From positions 10,535 through 74,534 of the forward strand of contig CAYNYJ010000001.1 in NCBI GenBank assembly GCA_964401355.1: a DNA stretch of 64,000 nucleotides, given 5' to 3'. The position numbers and the translations under genes are program-made. This document shows, piece after piece, positions 25,016 through 37,019 of the stretch; position 1 is the stretch's first letter, and every line of letters begins with the position of its first letter. The notes under the pieces are model-generated. The model had not been told where the DNA came from. It saw only the letters and a program-made list of their open reading frames with translations, and made no database searches. This stretch comes from an uncultured Ectothiorhodospiraceae bacterium (lineage in GTDB: Bacteria; Pseudomonadota; Gammaproteobacteria; SZUA-152).

Positions 25016-27385
25016 ATGGTTAACATCGAAATAGATGGCAAACAATTAGAAGCGCGTGAAGGTGCGATGATTATTGAGGCAGCGGATGATGCGGGGATAT
25101 ATATTCCGCGCTTCTGCTATCACAAAAAATTGTCTATCGCCGCTAACTGCCGTATGTGCCTGATTGAGATTGAGAAGGTAGGCAAAGCCTTGCCTGCTTG
25201 TGCGACCCCGATTACCGACGGTATGAAGATTAATACTCGTTCAGCCAAAGCCATTGAAGCGCAAAAAAGCGTGATGGAATTTTTGCTCATCAATCATCCT
25301 CTTGATTGTCCTATCTGTGATCAGGGTGGGGAGTGTGAGCTTCAGGATATCGCCATGGGCTATGGCGGTGATGTGTCGGTGTATGCCGAGAAAAAACGCG
25401 TCGTTGAAAATAAAAATTTTGGTCCATTGATTTCTGGCGATATGACCCGTTGCATTCATTGCACTCGCTGTGTTCGTTTTGGTGAGGAAGTGGCCGGCAT
25501 TAAAGAAATGGGTGCCATTGGGCGTGGCGAGCATATGGAAATTGGTACTTATGTTCAGCTTAGTATCAGTTCAGAAATGTCTGGTAATATTATCGACCTG
25601 TGTCCTGTAGGCGCGTTGACGGCTAAGCCGTCCCGCTTCGGAGCGCGTGCCTGGGAAATGATACAGCGTGAAAGCATTGCGGCTCACGATTGTATGGGTT
25701 CCAATATTCTCGTGCATACTTTCAGGAATCAGGTGGTGCGTGTTGTTCCGAAAGACAACGAAGAAATTAATGAAACTTGGTTGTCAGACCGTGACCGTTT
25801 CAGTTATGAAGGTTTAAACAGCAGTGAACGATTAAGTTCGCCGCTGATAAAAGAAAACGGCGAATGGAAAAAGGTTGATTGGGACACTGCGCTGCACAAA
25901 GTTATTGGTGGTGTGAGTAAACTTCTCAGCGAAAAAGGTGTGGATCAGTTAGCTGCAATCAGCTCGCCTAGCGCGACCACCGAAGAACAGTACTTGCTGC
26001 AGAGACTCCTGCGTGAAATAGGCTCGGGGAATATCGACCATCGAATCAATCAACGTGATTTTTCAGATCAGGAGGATGAACCTGTACTTCCCTGGTTAGG
26101 TCAGTCCATTCAGGATTTGGAAAAAAATAATGCAATATTGCTGGTGGGTGCGAATGTCCGCAGGGACCAACCCATAGCCGGACACAGAATAAGAAAAGCA
26201 GCACTGCATGGCGGAAATATAATGGCCGTGAATCAAGTTGATTACGACTTTAACTTCCCCTTGTCCGCGAAAAAAATCAGTAGCCCACGAAAACTTCTGG
26301 GCGAACTAGGAGCGATCTTAAAGGCTATTTGTAATGCCGCATCGTCTGACGTTCCTTCTGGGCTGGAAGCGTTGTTGTCGAATATTGAAGTTGATGAAAC
26401 GCATGAGAAAATCGCACGATATTTACTGGATGCAGAAACCGCGACGGTAATCCTGGGGCATGATGCCATCGCGCATTCACATTTTGCCAGTCTCCGAGCC
26501 ATTACTGGCCAAATTGCGGAATTAACATCGAGCAAATTGAGCTATCTGTCCGATGGCTGTAACAGCGCGGGAGCATTTATAGCAGGTGCCATTCCGCATC
26601 GTGGATCTGCGGGAGCGGATACGGCAATCAGAGGTAAAAACCTCAGTGAAATGTTTGATAGCGGATTAGCGGGCTATATTTTACTGGGTCTTGAGCCGGA
26701 AGAAGATTGTGCAGATTCAAGTCGCGCACTGAAAGCGCTGGAGGCCGCAGAATTTGTTGTTGTAATGAACGCTTTCAGCAGTGACAAAATGAAAGAATAT
26801 GCGGATGTTATTTTACCGATAACACCTTTCACGGAAACATCCGGAACTTTTGTGAATGCAGAAGGCCGCTGGCAGAGTTTTGAAGCAGTTGTAGAGCCTT
26901 TGGGTGATGCTCGGCCCGCTTGGAAAGTGTTGCGGGTATTGGGTAACCTGTTCGATTGCGATGGTTTTGAATATGTCACCAGTATTGAGGTGCGTGATGA
27001 GCTGAAGGCACTGGCGAGCAACATCACATTATCAAATGATATGAAATGGCAGTGCCCAGCAACGCTGTCGATGGACTCTACTGGAATTGAAAGTATTACA
27101 GATCGTTCAATGTATTGCAGTGACGGTCTCGTGCGCCGCGCAAGTTCTCTCCAGGAGGTTGTCAAAGCGCATCAAATGGCCATTCGTGTGAATCAAACAG
27201 TTGCTACCAGTGCTGGATTAACTGGTGGTGAGCCGGCTATCGCAAAGAAAAATAATATCGAGTTGACCCTGCCTCTGGTCATTGATGACCGTGTTCCTGA
27301 TGACAGTGTGTTAGTTCCAGGCGCAGCGCCTGAATCGTTAATTCATGGAACAGGGACAGGTAAAGTTACTTTGTCGCGCGTTTAA
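25016..27385 (+). CDS. nuoG: NADH-quinone oxidoreductase subunit G
   Basis: N-terminal 2Fe-2S and 4Fe-4S motifs (CYHKKLSIAANCRMCLIE, CPICDQGGECELQD, CIHCTRCVRF) followed by a molybdopterin-like domain. Confidence 0.93.
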   Translation: MVNIEIDGKQLEAREGAMIIEAADDAGIYIPRFCYHKKLSIAANCRMCLIEIEKVGKALPACATPITDGMKINTRSAKAIEAQKSVMEFLLINHPLDCPICDQGGECELQDIAMGYGGDVSVYAEKKRVVENKNFGPLISGDMTRCIHCTRCVRFGEEVAGIKEMGAIGRGEHMEIGTYVQLSISSEMSGNIIDLCPVGALTAKPSRFGARAWEMIQRESIAAHDCMGSNILVHTFRNQVVRVVPKDNEEINETWLSDRDRFSYEGLNSSERLSSPLIKENGEWKKVDWDTALHKVIGGVSKLLSEKGVDQLAAISSPSATTEEQYLLQRLLREIGSGNIDHRINQRDFSDQEDEPVLPWLGQSIQDLEKNNAILLVGANVRRDQPIAGHRIRKAALHGGNIMAVNQVDYDFNFPLSAKKISSPRKLLGELGAILKAICNAASSDVPSGLEALLSNIEVDETHEKIARYLLDAETATVILGHDAIAHSHFASLRAITGQIAELTSSKLSYLSDGCNSAGAFIAGAIPHRGSAGADTAIRGKNLSEMFDSGLAGYILLGLEPEEDCADSSRALKALEAAEFVVVMNAFSSDKMKEYADVILPITPFTETSGTFVNAEGRWQSFEAVVEPLGDARPAWKVLRVLGNLFDCDGFEYVTSIEVRDELKALASNITLSNDMKWQCPATLSMDSTGIESITDRSMYCSDGLVRRASSLQEVVKAHQMAIRVNQTVATSAGLTGGEPAIAKKNNIELTLPLVIDDRVPDDSVLVPGAAPESLIHGTGTGKVTLSRV

Positions 27386-27449
27386 ACGTTGCTGTTTAAA
27401 TGGTTAATGTGCAATTCAAGTAACAACGATATTAATATGAGAAAAGTGA

Positions 27450-28535
27450 ATGATTGAAACCATTGAATCAACGCTAAATTTCTTGCCACCTGAACTCGTG
27501 GTGATGATTATTATCGTCGGTAAGATTTTGGTACTGGTGTTGCCGCTGATGGGTGCGGTAGCATATCTGACGCTGGCTGAGCGTAAAGTCATTGGTTACA
27601 TGCAGGTTCGTATTGGCCCCAATAGAGTGGGTCCACTAGGATTGTTACAACCCATTGCCGACGCCATAAAATTGATGTTCAAGGAAACGATCTTCCCGGC
27701 GAATGCGAACCGCTTTTTGTTTATATCAGCGCCTGTTTTGACGTTAGCACCTTCATTGGCAGCATGGGCTGTGGTTCCGTTTAACGACACGCTGGTTATT
27801 TCAAACATTGATGCCTCGATTCTTTATATTTTAGCCATGACCTCCCTGGGCGTTTATGGGGTGATCATTGCGGGCTGGGCATCCAATTCCAAGTATGCCT
27901 TTATCGGTGCGATGCGATCCGCTGCACAGATTGTTTCTTATGAAATTGCCATGGGATTTGCGTTGGTGGGTGTATTAATTGCTGCTGGTAGTTTAAACCT
28001 GGGTGAAATAGTGGAAGGGCAGCGCGGTGATCTTGGTATGATAAATTGGTACCTTCTGCCGCTGTTGCCTCTGTTTATGGTGTATTTTATTTCCGGCGTG
28101 GCCGAAACCAACCGCGCTCCGTTTGATGTGGCGGAAGGTGAGTCAGAGATTGTCGCCGGTTTCCACGTTGAATATTCCAGCATGTCATTTTCTGTTTTCT
28201 TCCTGGCAGAGTATGCCAATATGATTCTGATTGCATTGTTGACAGCGATCATGTTTCTGGGAGGTTGGTTGTCGCCATTGAATGGGATTTTGCCTGCGAG
28301 TTTGCTCGAAGGTGAGGGCACGGTTGCCATGTTGCTCGGTGATGGCATGCATTGGTTGCTCTTCAAAACGTCATTCTTTTTGTTTTTGTTTTTATGGTTC
28401 CGTGCGACTTTCCCACGTTATCGTTATGACCAAATCATGCGGCTTGGCTGGAAGGTGTTTATTCCGATCACCATCGTATGGCTATTAGTGGTTGCTGCCA
28501 TGGTGGTTGGTAGTGTAGGACCGTGGTTTGATTAA
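27450..28535 (+). CDS. nuoH: NADH-quinone oxidoreductase subunit H
   Basis: Polytopic ND1 homolog ([20 protein letters not shown]). Confidence 0.92.
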   Translation: MIETIESTLNFLPPELVVMIIIVGKILVLVLPLMGAVAYLTLAERKVIGYMQVRIGPNRVGPLGLLQPIADAIKLMFKETIFPANANRFLFISAPVLTLAPSLAAWAVVPFNDTLVISNIDASILYILAMTSLGVYGVIIAGWASNSKYAFIGAMRSAAQIVSYEIAMGFALVGVLIAAGSLNLGEIVEGQRGDLGMINWYLLPLLPLFMVYFISGVAETNRAPFDVAEGESEIVAGFHVEYSSMSFSVFFLAEYANMILIALLTAIMFLGGWLSPLNGILPASLLEGEGTVAMLLGDGMHWLLFKTSFFLFLFLWFRATFPRYRYDQIMRLGWKVFIPITIVWLLVVAAMVVGSVGPWFD

Positions 28536-28613
28536 CGGTATAAATGACAGTTTGATAGATAGTGCGTTTATTTAATGGTTTATGGTTTTCACAATAATCT
28601 GGATGAATAGTTT

Positions 28614-29102
28614 ATGAATACAATTACAAACTATTTTAAAAGCCTCATATTGGCCGAGCTTTTCCGAGGCTTAATGCTTACTGGAAAATATTTTTTCCGG
28701 AAAAAAATCACGGTGCAATATCCAGAAGAAAAAACACCTATGTCACCCCGGTTTCGAGGTTTGCATGCGCTGCGTCGCTACCCGAATGGTGAAGAGCGCT
28801 GTATTGCCTGTAAACTCTGTGAGGCGGTTTGTCCTGCGTTGGCCATAACTATCGACTCAGAAGAACGGGACGATGGTACGCGACGCACCACACGATACGA
28901 TATAGATTTAACAAAATGTATATTTTGTGGCTATTGCGAAGAAGCCTGCCCGGTTGATGCGATTGTTGAGACCCGCCATTTTGAATATCACGGCGAAAAG
29001 AAAGGAGATCTTTATATGACGAAAGAAAAGCTTCTTGCGATTGGTGATAAAATGGAAAAAGAAATCGCGGCTGATCGGGCGGATGATGCAAAATTTCGTT
29101 AG
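28614..29102 (+). CDS. nuoI: NADH-quinone oxidoreductase subunit I
   Basis: Two 4Fe-4S ferredoxin motifs ([24 protein letters not shown]). Confidence 0.93.
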   Translation: MNTITNYFKSLILAELFRGLMLTGKYFFRKKITVQYPEEKTPMSPRFRGLHALRRYPNGEERCIACKLCEAVCPALAITIDSEERDDGTRRTTRYDIDLTKCIFCGYCEEACPVDAIVETRHFEYHGEKKGDLYMTKEKLLAIGDKMEKEIAADRADDAKFR

Positions 29103-29175
29103 ACAACAACGTAAATAATTTAAAGACAGTTTAACTCTAATTTAACGACAGAATAAGAAATAAGAAACGAACAAT

Positions 29176-29790
29176 ATGGGATTTGATGAAATTATTTTTT
29201 ATGCCTTAGCCACGATTCTGGTGGGCTCAGCGGCTTTAGTGGTGACCTTACGCAATCCTGTTTTTTGTGCGTTGGCGTTAGTGCTGGCATTTTTTATGAG
29301 TGCAGGCATCTGGATATTTTTAGAAGCAGAGTTTCTCGCGCTAACACTGATATTAGTGTACGTGGGTGCGGTCATGGTTTTGTTCCTCTTTGTGGTAATG
29401 ATGCTCGATATCAACCTTGCGGTGTTGCGTGAAGGGTTTACGCGCTATTTACCGCTCGGTTTGGTTGTTGCCGTTATTTTAGTGGCAGAGTTAGTGCTGA
29501 TTGTTGGGCCTGAAAATTTCGGTTTGGAAATGATGCCGCGCCCTGAACCGCAACCAGAGGGATATAGCAATACCAGAGAAATAGGTATGGTTTTATATAC
29601 GGTATATTTATACCCATTCCAGATTGCCGCAGTAATACTGGTGGTGGCTATTGTTGCAGCAATATCATTAACATTACGACGTCGTAGTACCACACGATTT
29701 ATGAAACCTGAGGCGCAAGTTACTGTGAAACGGAAAGATCGAGTACGGTTGGTGAAGATGTCGTCTGATACAAATACAAATAACGAATAA
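29176..29790 (+). CDS. nuoJ: NADH-quinone oxidoreductase subunit J
   Basis: ND6-like membrane subunit in the conserved operon position. Confidence 0.85.
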   Translation: MGFDEIIFYALATILVGSAALVVTLRNPVFCALALVLAFFMSAGIWIFLEAEFLALTLILVYVGAVMVLFLFVVMMLDINLAVLREGFTRYLPLGLVVAVILVAELVLIVGPENFGLEMMPRPEPQPEGYSNTREIGMVLYTVYLYPFQIAAVILVVAIVAAISLTLRRRSTTRFMKPEAQVTVKRKDRVRLVKMSSDTNTNNE

Positions 29791-29810
29791 TTGTTGTCTC
29801 CGGGGGGAGT

Positions 29811-30116
29811 ATGATTTCAATTTCTCACTTTCTAATACTGGGCGCTATTTTGTTCTGCATTGGCGTGGCTGGTATTTTCCTGAATCGAAAAAATGTCATC
29901 ATTTTATTGATGGCTATCGAAATCATGCTGTTGGCGGTCAATATGAATTTTGTCGCCTTTTCTCACTATTTGGACGATATCTCTGGTCAGATTTTTGTAT
30001 TTTTCATTCTGACTGTGGCAGCAGCAGAGGCCGCCATTGGTTTGGCGATACTGATTGTGCTGTTTCGTAATCGCCGTACTATTAATGTTGAAGAACTGGA
30101 TTCCCTTAAAGGGTAG
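29811..30116 (+). CDS. nuoK: NADH-quinone oxidoreductase subunit K
   Basis: ND4L-like 101-aa membrane subunit with three TM helices. Confidence 0.88.
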   Translation: MISISHFLILGAILFCIGVAGIFLNRKNVIILLMAIEIMLLAVNMNFVAFSHYLDDISGQIFVFFILTVAAAEAAIGLAILIVLFRNRRTINVEELDSLKG

Positions 30117-30134
30117 AGCGGAGTTTTTTTGATA

Positions 30135-32090
30135 ATGGAAAAGATCTACTTGACCCTTGCTTTGGCTCCACTGGTTGGAGCAATTATTGCTGGCCTGTTT
30201 GGTAAAAAGATTGGTCGTGCGGGCGCACACTGGGTAACTATCCTCGGTGTTGGAATTTCCTTTTTCTTGTCGGTACTGGTCTTCAAAGATGTGATAGTTG
30301 ATGGCGCTGCGGTATTTAACGCTACGGTATACACGTGGGCAGTCAGTGATGGCATCCAGTTTGAAGTCGGTTTCTTGATCGATTCACTGACTGCAGTGAT
30401 GTTGGTTGTAGTCACTTTCGTTTCACTTATGGTGCATATTTATACCATTGGTTATATGCATGATGATGACGGGTATCAGCGCTTTTTCAGTTATATCTCG
30501 CTGTTTACTTTCTCCATGCTGATGTTGGTGATGGCCAATAACTTTATGCAGCTTTTCTTTGGCTGGGAAGCTGTGGGCCTAGTTTCATATTTGTTGATTG
30601 GCTTTTGGTATAAACGCGATACCGCAATATATGCCAACATGAAAGCTTTTTTGGTTAATCGAGTCGGTGATTTTGGGTTTTTGCTCGGTATTGCCGCGAT
30701 TTTGATGTATTTCAATAGCCTGGATTATGCCGATGTATTTGCAGCGGTACCGGCGATGGTCGGTTTGACCATCGAGATTATTCCGGGAGTCGAGTGGTCA
30801 GTGATCACGGTCATTTGTATTTTGCTGTTTATTGGTGCCATGGGTAAATCTGCACAAGTCCCACTGCATGTTTGGCTGCCTGATTCAATGGAAGGCCCTA
30901 CTCCTATTTCTGCGCTTATCCACGCAGCCACAATGGTAACCGCGGGAATTTTTATGGTGGCACGGATGTCGCCAATGTTTGAATATTCCGAGACGGCACT
31001 GAGCTTTGTATTGGTTATCGGTGCGATTACTGCATTATTTATGGGCTTGTTGGGTATTATCCAAAATGACATCAAGCGTGTCATCGCATATTCTACTTTG
31101 TCACAATTGGGTTATATGACGGTCGCATTGGGTGTGTCAGCATACTCTGCGGGCATCTTTCATTTAATGACTCATGCTGCGTTTAAAGCTCTGTTGTTCC
31201 TGGGCGCAGGTTCAGTCATTATCGCGATGCACCATAAACAAGATATTCGTGAAATGGGTGGCATTAAAAAATACATGCCGATTACCTATATCTGTATGTT
31301 AATCGGTTCATTGGCGTTGATTGGCTTCCCAGGATTTTCCGGATTCTTTTCAAAAGACGCGATCATTGAAGCAGTGCATGCTTCAACGATTCCAGGTTCA
31401 AGTTTTGCTTACTTCGCAGTCGTCGCAGGTGTTTTCATCACCGCTTTCTACAGCTTTAGAATGTTTTTCCTAGTCTTTCATGGCGAAGAGCGTATGGATG
31501 ATCATATCAAAGAACATCTGCATGAGCCCCCGAAGGTTGTTATTGTGCCGCTCATGTTGTTAGCGATTCCTTCGGTGATTGCGGGTGCTTTCTATATTGA
31601 GCCCATGTTATTTGGTGACCTGTTTAAAGATGCCATTTTTGTTAAACCCGAGCATGACGTACTCGCAAAGATTGGTGAACGTTACACGGGAGTCGGGAGT
31701 TTCATGGCTCACGGTGTTATGACACTACCTTTCTGGCTGGCTGTGGCGGGTGTTGGAACGGCTGCCTTCTTTTATTTGAAGCGCCCGGATATCCCGCTTA
31801 TGATAAAAAACAAATTCTCGCTGATTTACACCGTGCTGGATCGGAAGTATGGCTTTGATGACTTTAATGATACGTTTTTTGCCGGCGGTGCGCGTGCTTT
31901 AGGACGTGTATTTTGGAATGTTGGTGATACGAAGATGATTGATGGCGTAATGGTGAATGGAACGGCGAAGGGTATCGGATGGATTTCTGGAAAAATACGT
32001 GCGATGCAAACGGGATATTTATATCACTATGCTTTTGTCATGATCATTGGTCTGTTAGCGATGATTAGCTGGATTTCTATTACTAACTAG
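30135..32090 (+). CDS. nuoL: NADH-quinone oxidoreductase subunit L
   Basis: ND5 antiporter-like subunit (WEAVGLVSYLLIGFW, TPISALIHAATMVTAG). Confidence 0.92.
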   Translation: MEKIYLTLALAPLVGAIIAGLFGKKIGRAGAHWVTILGVGISFFLSVLVFKDVIVDGAAVFNATVYTWAVSDGIQFEVGFLIDSLTAVMLVVVTFVSLMVHIYTIGYMHDDDGYQRFFSYISLFTFSMLMLVMANNFMQLFFGWEAVGLVSYLLIGFWYKRDTAIYANMKAFLVNRVGDFGFLLGIAAILMYFNSLDYADVFAAVPAMVGLTIEIIPGVEWSVITVICILLFIGAMGKSAQVPLHVWLPDSMEGPTPISALIHAATMVTAGIFMVARMSPMFEYSETALSFVLVIGAITALFMGLLGIIQNDIKRVIAYSTLSQLGYMTVALGVSAYSAGIFHLMTHAAFKALLFLGAGSVIIAMHHKQDIREMGGIKKYMPITYICMLIGSLALIGFPGFSGFFSKDAIIEAVHASTIPGSSFAYFAVVAGVFITAFYSFRMFFLVFHGEERMDDHIKEHLHEPPKVVIVPLMLLAIPSVIAGAFYIEPMLFGDLFKDAIFVKPEHDVLAKIGERYTGVGSFMAHGVMTLPFWLAVAGVGTAAFFYLKRPDIPLMIKNKFSLIYTVLDRKYGFDDFNDTFFAGGARALGRVFWNVGDTKMIDGVMVNGTAKGIGWISGKIRAMQTGYLYHYAFVMIIGLLAMISWISITN

Positions 32091-32158
32091 TACCGCGAAG
32101 CTGTTATTCAAAACCGATAAACTAAAAAAAATATAAAGAAGAACAAAGGTTATTTTGC

Positions 32159-33676
32159 ATGTTTGCTGATTTGCCCCTGTTAAGTTTGGTTATTTGGGCG
32201 CCCATTATTGGTGGCGTGTTGGTGTTGTTTGCGAATAAAGAAGAGCAGGCGGCAACCGCAAAGATGATTGCTCTGGTCGCATCGATTATCACGTTTTTAT
32301 TAACCATTCCGCTGTACACCGGTTTTGATGTGTCGACGTATGAGATGCAGTTTGCTGAAAAAACGAACTGGATACCGCTATTCAATATTAATTACCATCT
32401 CGGCATTGATGGTATTTCCATGCCCTTGATATTGCTGACCTCGTTTACCACGGTATTGGTGATCATTGCGGGTTGGGAAGTCATTAAGGTTAAAACGGCG
32501 CAGTACATGGCAGCATTCCTGATCATGGATGGATTAATGATCGGTGTGTTCTCTGCGTTGGATTCCATTCTGTTTTATGTCTTTTGGGAAGCAATGTTGA
32601 TCCCGATGTTTTTGATCATTGGCATCTGGGGTGGGGAGCGGCGTGTTTACGCCACTATCAAATTCTTCATTTATACCTTCCTGGGTTCTGTGTTCATGCT
32701 GGTTGCTTTGATCTACATGTATACGCAATCTGGTACTTTTGGCATTCTCGATTTCCACGATATCAAGCTGGGAATGACAGAACAGATTCTGATATTTATC
32801 GCTTTCTTACTGGCTTTTGCCGTAAAAGTGCCGATGTGGCCAGTGCATACGTGGCTGCCCGATGCCCACGTTGAAGCACCGACCGGGGGGTCTGTGATCC
32901 TGGCCGCAATCATGTTGAAAATGGGTGCTTACGGTTTTGTACGGTTTAGCATGCCCATTGCCCCAGATGCCTCACAGGCTCTCGATTGGTTGATGATTAC
33001 CCTGTCTTTGATTGCCATTGTGTACATTGCTTTTGTGGCTTTAGTACAAAAAGACATGAAAAAACTGATTGCCTACTCATCAATTTCGCACATGGGCTTT
33101 GTGACGCTCGGTTTCTTCATTGTGTATGCAATCGTCGAAAATACCGGCAGTGTGCAGGGTGCGGCCATGGGTATCGAAGGTGCATTAGTACAAATGATTT
33201 CCCACGGCTTTATCTCAGGTGCACTGTTCCTCTGCATTGGTGTTATGTATGACCGGATGCATAGTCGATTGATTGATGACTATGGTGGTGTTGCAAACAC
33301 CATGCCGGTATTTGCTGGATTAATGGTGTTTTTTGCCATGGCCAATGCAGGCTTGCCCGGCACTTCTGCTTTTGTGGGTGAATTCTTTGTTATCCTGGCC
33401 TCCTTTAAGGCTAATTTCTGGATCGCCTTTTTAGCGGCTAGCACGCTGATTTTTGGTGCGGCTTACACCCTATGGATGGTAAAGCGTGTCATCTTTGGTG
33501 AGATTGCTAACGAAAAAGTGGCTGCACTTAAAGATCTCAATAACCGTGAGTTTTTTGTCCTGGGAACACTTGCAGTTGCAGTATTATTATTGGGTCTTTG
33601 GCCAGCGCCGCTGCTTGACGTCATGCACGTCACCGTAGATCACCTTGTGCAACAAATCACACAGTCGAAGTTATAA
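32159..33676 (+). CDS. nuoM: NADH-quinone oxidoreductase subunit M
   Basis: ND4 antiporter-like subunit ([28 protein letters not shown]). Confidence 0.92.
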   Translation: MFADLPLLSLVIWAPIIGGVLVLFANKEEQAATAKMIALVASIITFLLTIPLYTGFDVSTYEMQFAEKTNWIPLFNINYHLGIDGISMPLILLTSFTTVLVIIAGWEVIKVKTAQYMAAFLIMDGLMIGVFSALDSILFYVFWEAMLIPMFLIIGIWGGERRVYATIKFFIYTFLGSVFMLVALIYMYTQSGTFGILDFHDIKLGMTEQILIFIAFLLAFAVKVPMWPVHTWLPDAHVEAPTGGSVILAAIMLKMGAYGFVRFSMPIAPDASQALDWLMITLSLIAIVYIAFVALVQKDMKKLIAYSSISHMGFVTLGFFIVYAIVENTGSVQGAAMGIEGALVQMISHGFISGALFLCIGVMYDRMHSRLIDDYGGVANTMPVFAGLMVFFAMANAGLPGTSAFVGEFFVILASFKANFWIAFLAASTLIFGAAYTLWMVKRVIFGEIANEKVAALKDLNNREFFVLGTLAVAVLLLGLWPAPLLDVMHVTVDHLVQQITQSKL

Positions 33677-33678
33677 TT

Positions 33679-35124
33679 ATGCAAACCAGTTTCCAAATGC
33701 CAGATTTGATGCCGGCCATACCAGAGATATTTCTGCTCACAATGACCTGTATTATTTTGCTCATTGTTCCCTATCTTTCTGATAAAAATCGAGTATTCAC
33801 CTACTTATTAAGCTTGGGAACATTGGCGGTAACCGCAGCACTAACCGTTGCCTTGCACACGCCTGAAACGGTGTACACATTTGATGGTTCATTTGTCAGT
33901 GATACCATGGCCGATGTGTTGAAGGTCTTCGTATACCTTGTCACTGCCGTGGTGTTTATCTATTCACGTAAATATTTGCTGGATCGAGGTATCTTTAAAG
34001 GCGAATTTTATGTGCTAGGCCTGTTTGCTGTGTTGGGTATGATGGTGTTGATATCCGCGCATAGCATGTTGACGATGTACCTGGGTTTGGAACTGTTGTC
34101 TCTGACACTATACGCATTAGTTGCATTTCATCGTGATTCGCAAGATGCAACAGAGGCGGCAATGAAATACTTTGTTTTGGGTGCCTTGGCCTCTGGTATG
34201 TTGTTGTATGGCATGTCTTTGTTGTACGGCGTTACGGGTACGCTGGATATCGGTGGAGTGCATGCTGCAGCAGCGGGACTGGAAGGTTCTAAGAAGATTG
34301 TTTTAGGCCTCGGTCTGGTTTTTGTTATCGTCGGCATGGCCTTTAAACTCGGCGCCGTTCCATTCCATATGTGGATTCCGGATGTATACCACGGAGCACC
34401 GACGGCGGTGACATTGTTTATTAGTACTGCGCCAAAAATTGCTGCGTTTGCGATGATGATGCGTTTACTGGTTGAAGGCTTGGGTGATATGCATGACCAG
34501 TGGCAGGATATTCTGATTATCATGGCGGTGTTGTCCATGGCCGTGGGTAATATTATTGCGATTGCACAGAGCAATATCAAACGCATGCTGGCTTATTCCA
34601 CAATTTCACATGTTGGTTTTTTACTACTGGGTATATTGGCAGGGACGCAAACGGGTTATACCGCTTCGATGTTTTACGTCATTGTCTATGCACTCATGGG
34701 AATGGGTGGTTTTGGCATGATTATTCTTATGAGTCGTGCAGGTTTTGAAGCCGATAAGTTGTCTGATTTCAAAGGACTAAATCAGCGCAGTCCGTGGTTT
34801 GCCTTTATCATGATGATTTTGATGTTCTCCATGGCCGGTGTACCACCAACGGTTGGCTTTTATGCGAAGTTTGCGGTGTTACAAGCGGTTATCGACGCAG
34901 ACCTTATCTGGTTGGCTGTTGTTGCGGTGATCTTCTCAATTATCGGTGTTTTTTATTACTTACGCGTTATCAAATATATGTACTTTGATAAGGCCGAAGA
35001 CACGCGGCCGATTGAGTCCAGTACGGATATGAAAGTGGTACTGTCCGCAAATGGCCTAGGTATTTTGTTTTTGGGGCTTGCTCCAAGCAGTTTGCTGGCA
35101 ATGTGCGCGGCAGCCTTGGGCTAA
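33679..35124 (+). CDS. nuoN: NADH-quinone oxidoreductase subunit N
   Basis: ND2-like subunit and the last gene of the operon. Confidence 0.9.
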   Translation: MQTSFQMPDLMPAIPEIFLLTMTCIILLIVPYLSDKNRVFTYLLSLGTLAVTAALTVALHTPETVYTFDGSFVSDTMADVLKVFVYLVTAVVFIYSRKYLLDRGIFKGEFYVLGLFAVLGMMVLISAHSMLTMYLGLELLSLTLYALVAFHRDSQDATEAAMKYFVLGALASGMLLYGMSLLYGVTGTLDIGGVHAAAAGLEGSKKIVLGLGLVFVIVGMAFKLGAVPFHMWIPDVYHGAPTAVTLFISTAPKIAAFAMMMRLLVEGLGDMHDQWQDILIIMAVLSMAVGNIIAIAQSNIKRMLAYSTISHVGFLLLGILAGTQTGYTASMFYVIVYALMGMGGFGMIILMSRAGFEADKLSDFKGLNQRSPWFAFIMMILMFSMAGVPPTVGFYAKFAVLQAVIDADLIWLAVVAVIFSIIGVFYYLRVIKYMYFDKAEDTRPIESSTDMKVVLSANGLGILFLGLAPSSLLAMCAAALG

Positions 35125-35137
35125 AAGCATCTGAACA

Positions 35138-35167
35138 GCAACGTCGGCGGGAGCTCCCTGGCGTTGC
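35138..35167. terminator. Inverted repeat between convergent nuoN and moeA
   Basis: GCAACG...GGGAGCTCCC...CGTTGC nested palindrome in the 80-bp convergent gap. Confidence 0.35.
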
Positions 35168-35204
35168 CAAAGAATAAAATATTCGTGTGGTATTGGGCGA
35201 TTGT

Positions 35205-36476
35205 TTAGATCATTCCAGCAAAGGCTTGTACTTTCACGTATTCCCCTGCTTCCACTACGCTGGCTTCCAGTGGTAGTTCAATAAAACAATTTGCCTCGCT
35301 CATCGAGCGCAATATCCCGGAGCCTTGGGCGCCGGTGCTCTCGACCTGCATCTCACCGTTCTCATCGGTGCTAATGACACCTCGCTGAAATTCAAGACGG
35401 CCGATTCGTTTCTTCAATTTATGAACCATTTTTAAACGCAGGTATTTTGGGGCGACATCATCAATGCCCATCATGCGTAAAATAGCTGGCTGTACAAATT
35501 GGTAAAAGGTGACCATTGCAGAAACAGGATTTCCAGGCAGACCAAAAAACTGGCAGTGGTTAATCTGGCCAAAGGCCAGTGGCCGGCCCGGTTTCATGGC
35601 AATTTTCCAGAAGCCGATTTGGCCCAGTTTTTCCAGGGTTTCTTTAACGAAATCGGCTTCACCAACGGAGACGCCGCCAGTTGTCACTAACACATCGGCT
35701 TTTTCGGTCGCGGTTGCAAAAGCCTCTTCAATAAGTTTACGGTTGTCGGGGATAATGCCCATGTCGATTATTTCAACATCGAGTCGGCGCATCATGCCAT
35801 CGAGGGCATAACGGTTGCTGTCATAAATTTGTCCGTCCCCCAGAGGTTGTCCGACGCTGCATAATTCATCGCCCGTGGAGAAGAAGGCGACTTTGACCTT
35901 TCTGTACACGCAAGCGTCTGCATTTCCCATGGAGGCCAGCATACCAATATCGGCAGGGGTCAGGCGTTTACCCGCCTGAAAAACCGTATCGCCCTTGGCA
36001 AGGTCTTCTCCAGCCTGGCGAACATTCTGATTGACTTGATGGCCTGTCGTTATGGTAATAACAGCGCCTTCATGCTGCACGTGTTCTTGCATGATCACCG
36101 TATCGGTACCCGTGGGTATCTTTCCGCCAGTCATAATACGTGCGCATTCGCCAGGCAATATAGTGATATCCAACGGGTTTCCAGCCATTATCGTGCCAAC
36201 GACTTTCAGTTGTGTGGTGCCACTCATAGGGATGTCGGCAGCTGAAATAGCGTAACCATCCATTGCAGAATTAATGTGGGCAGGCACGTTGATGCTTGAT
36301 TTTACCGCTTCAGCCAAAATACGATTAAGTGCTTCTCGTATCGGCAAGCGTTCTATCTCAACAACATGTTGGACAGCCTCAAGTATTTTGTTGCGGGCTT
36401 GTTCGACGTTCAAGGCGGTGGGGTCAGATTCGTCGCAGCCGGGCAGGGTAGGGGATGTGTTATCAGACATGCTCAC
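35205..36476 (-). CDS. moeA: Molybdopterin molybdotransferase MoeA
   Basis: MoeA N-terminal and MoCF-binding domains (SAMDGYAI..., GGVSVGEADF). Confidence 0.88.
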   Translation of the reverse strand: MSMSDNTSPTLPGCDESDPTALNVEQARNKILEAVQHVVEIERLPIREALNRILAEAVKSSINVPAHINSAMDGYAISAADIPMSGTTQLKVVGTIMAGNPLDITILPGECARIMTGGKIPTGTDTVIMQEHVQHEGAVITITTGHQVNQNVRQAGEDLAKGDTVFQAGKRLTPADIGMLASMGNADACVYRKVKVAFFSTGDELCSVGQPLGDGQIYDSNRYALDGMMRRLDVEIIDMGIIPDNRKLIEEAFATATEKADVLVTTGGVSVGEADFVKETLEKLGQIGFWKIAMKPGRPLAFGQINHCQFFGLPGNPVSAMVTFYQFVQPAILRMMGIDDVAPKYLRLKMVHKLKKRIGRLEFQRGVISTDENGEMQVESTGAQGSGILRSMSEANCFIELPLEASVVEAGEYVKVQAFAGMI

Positions 36477-37011
36477 ACTCAGTCGTTGTTAAATTAAAAT
36501 ACCGGAGAATAAACTGAAATATTTCTTTGGCATTGTTTAAGTCCAGGCAGGGAATTTTACCATCAAATTCGTACACGGCATCAGTGGCCACGGCAATAAT
36601 ATTTGAACCGGAGGTCGTGATGGAGGCTGGTTTATGCCCGGAACGATATAATGCAATTTTCGGATAGTCCTCATGTTTGAATCCCTCCACCAGAACAAGG
36701 TCTACCCGTGTCGGGTCAATATGCTCCAATAAGGAACCTAACTCCACATCGTTGTTGTCGGGAGTATTTTCTGTAATAAGCGCCCAGCGATATTTCGATG
36801 CAATGAGCATTTGATCGGCACCCGCCATGCGTAACTCATAACTGTCTTTGCCAGGTTTATCGATTTCGAAGTCATGATGAGAATGTTTTATGACAGCCAC
36901 TCGAATACCGGATTGCTTGAACAGGGAAATGAGCGTGATGAGTAGTGTTGTTTTTCCGGTGCCACTGGGAGCCACAAATCCCACGACAGGCAAGGTGGTA
37001 TTCATCGGCAT
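36463..37011 (-). CDS. mobB: Molybdopterin-guanine dinucleotide biosynthesis adapter protein MobB
   Basis: P-loop GFVAPSGTGKTTLL and a MobB-like core. It overlaps the moeA start. Confidence 0.85.
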   Translation of the reverse strand: MPMNTTLPVVGFVAPSGTGKTTLLITLISLFKQSGIRVAVIKHSHHDFEIDKPGKDSYELRMAGADQMLIASKYRWALITENTPDNNDVELGSLLEHIDPTRVDLVLVEGFKHEDYPKIALYRSGHKPASITTSGSNIIAVATDAVYEFDGKIPCLDLNNAKEIFQFILRYFNLTTTECEHV

Positions 37012-37019
37012 ATTGTTAC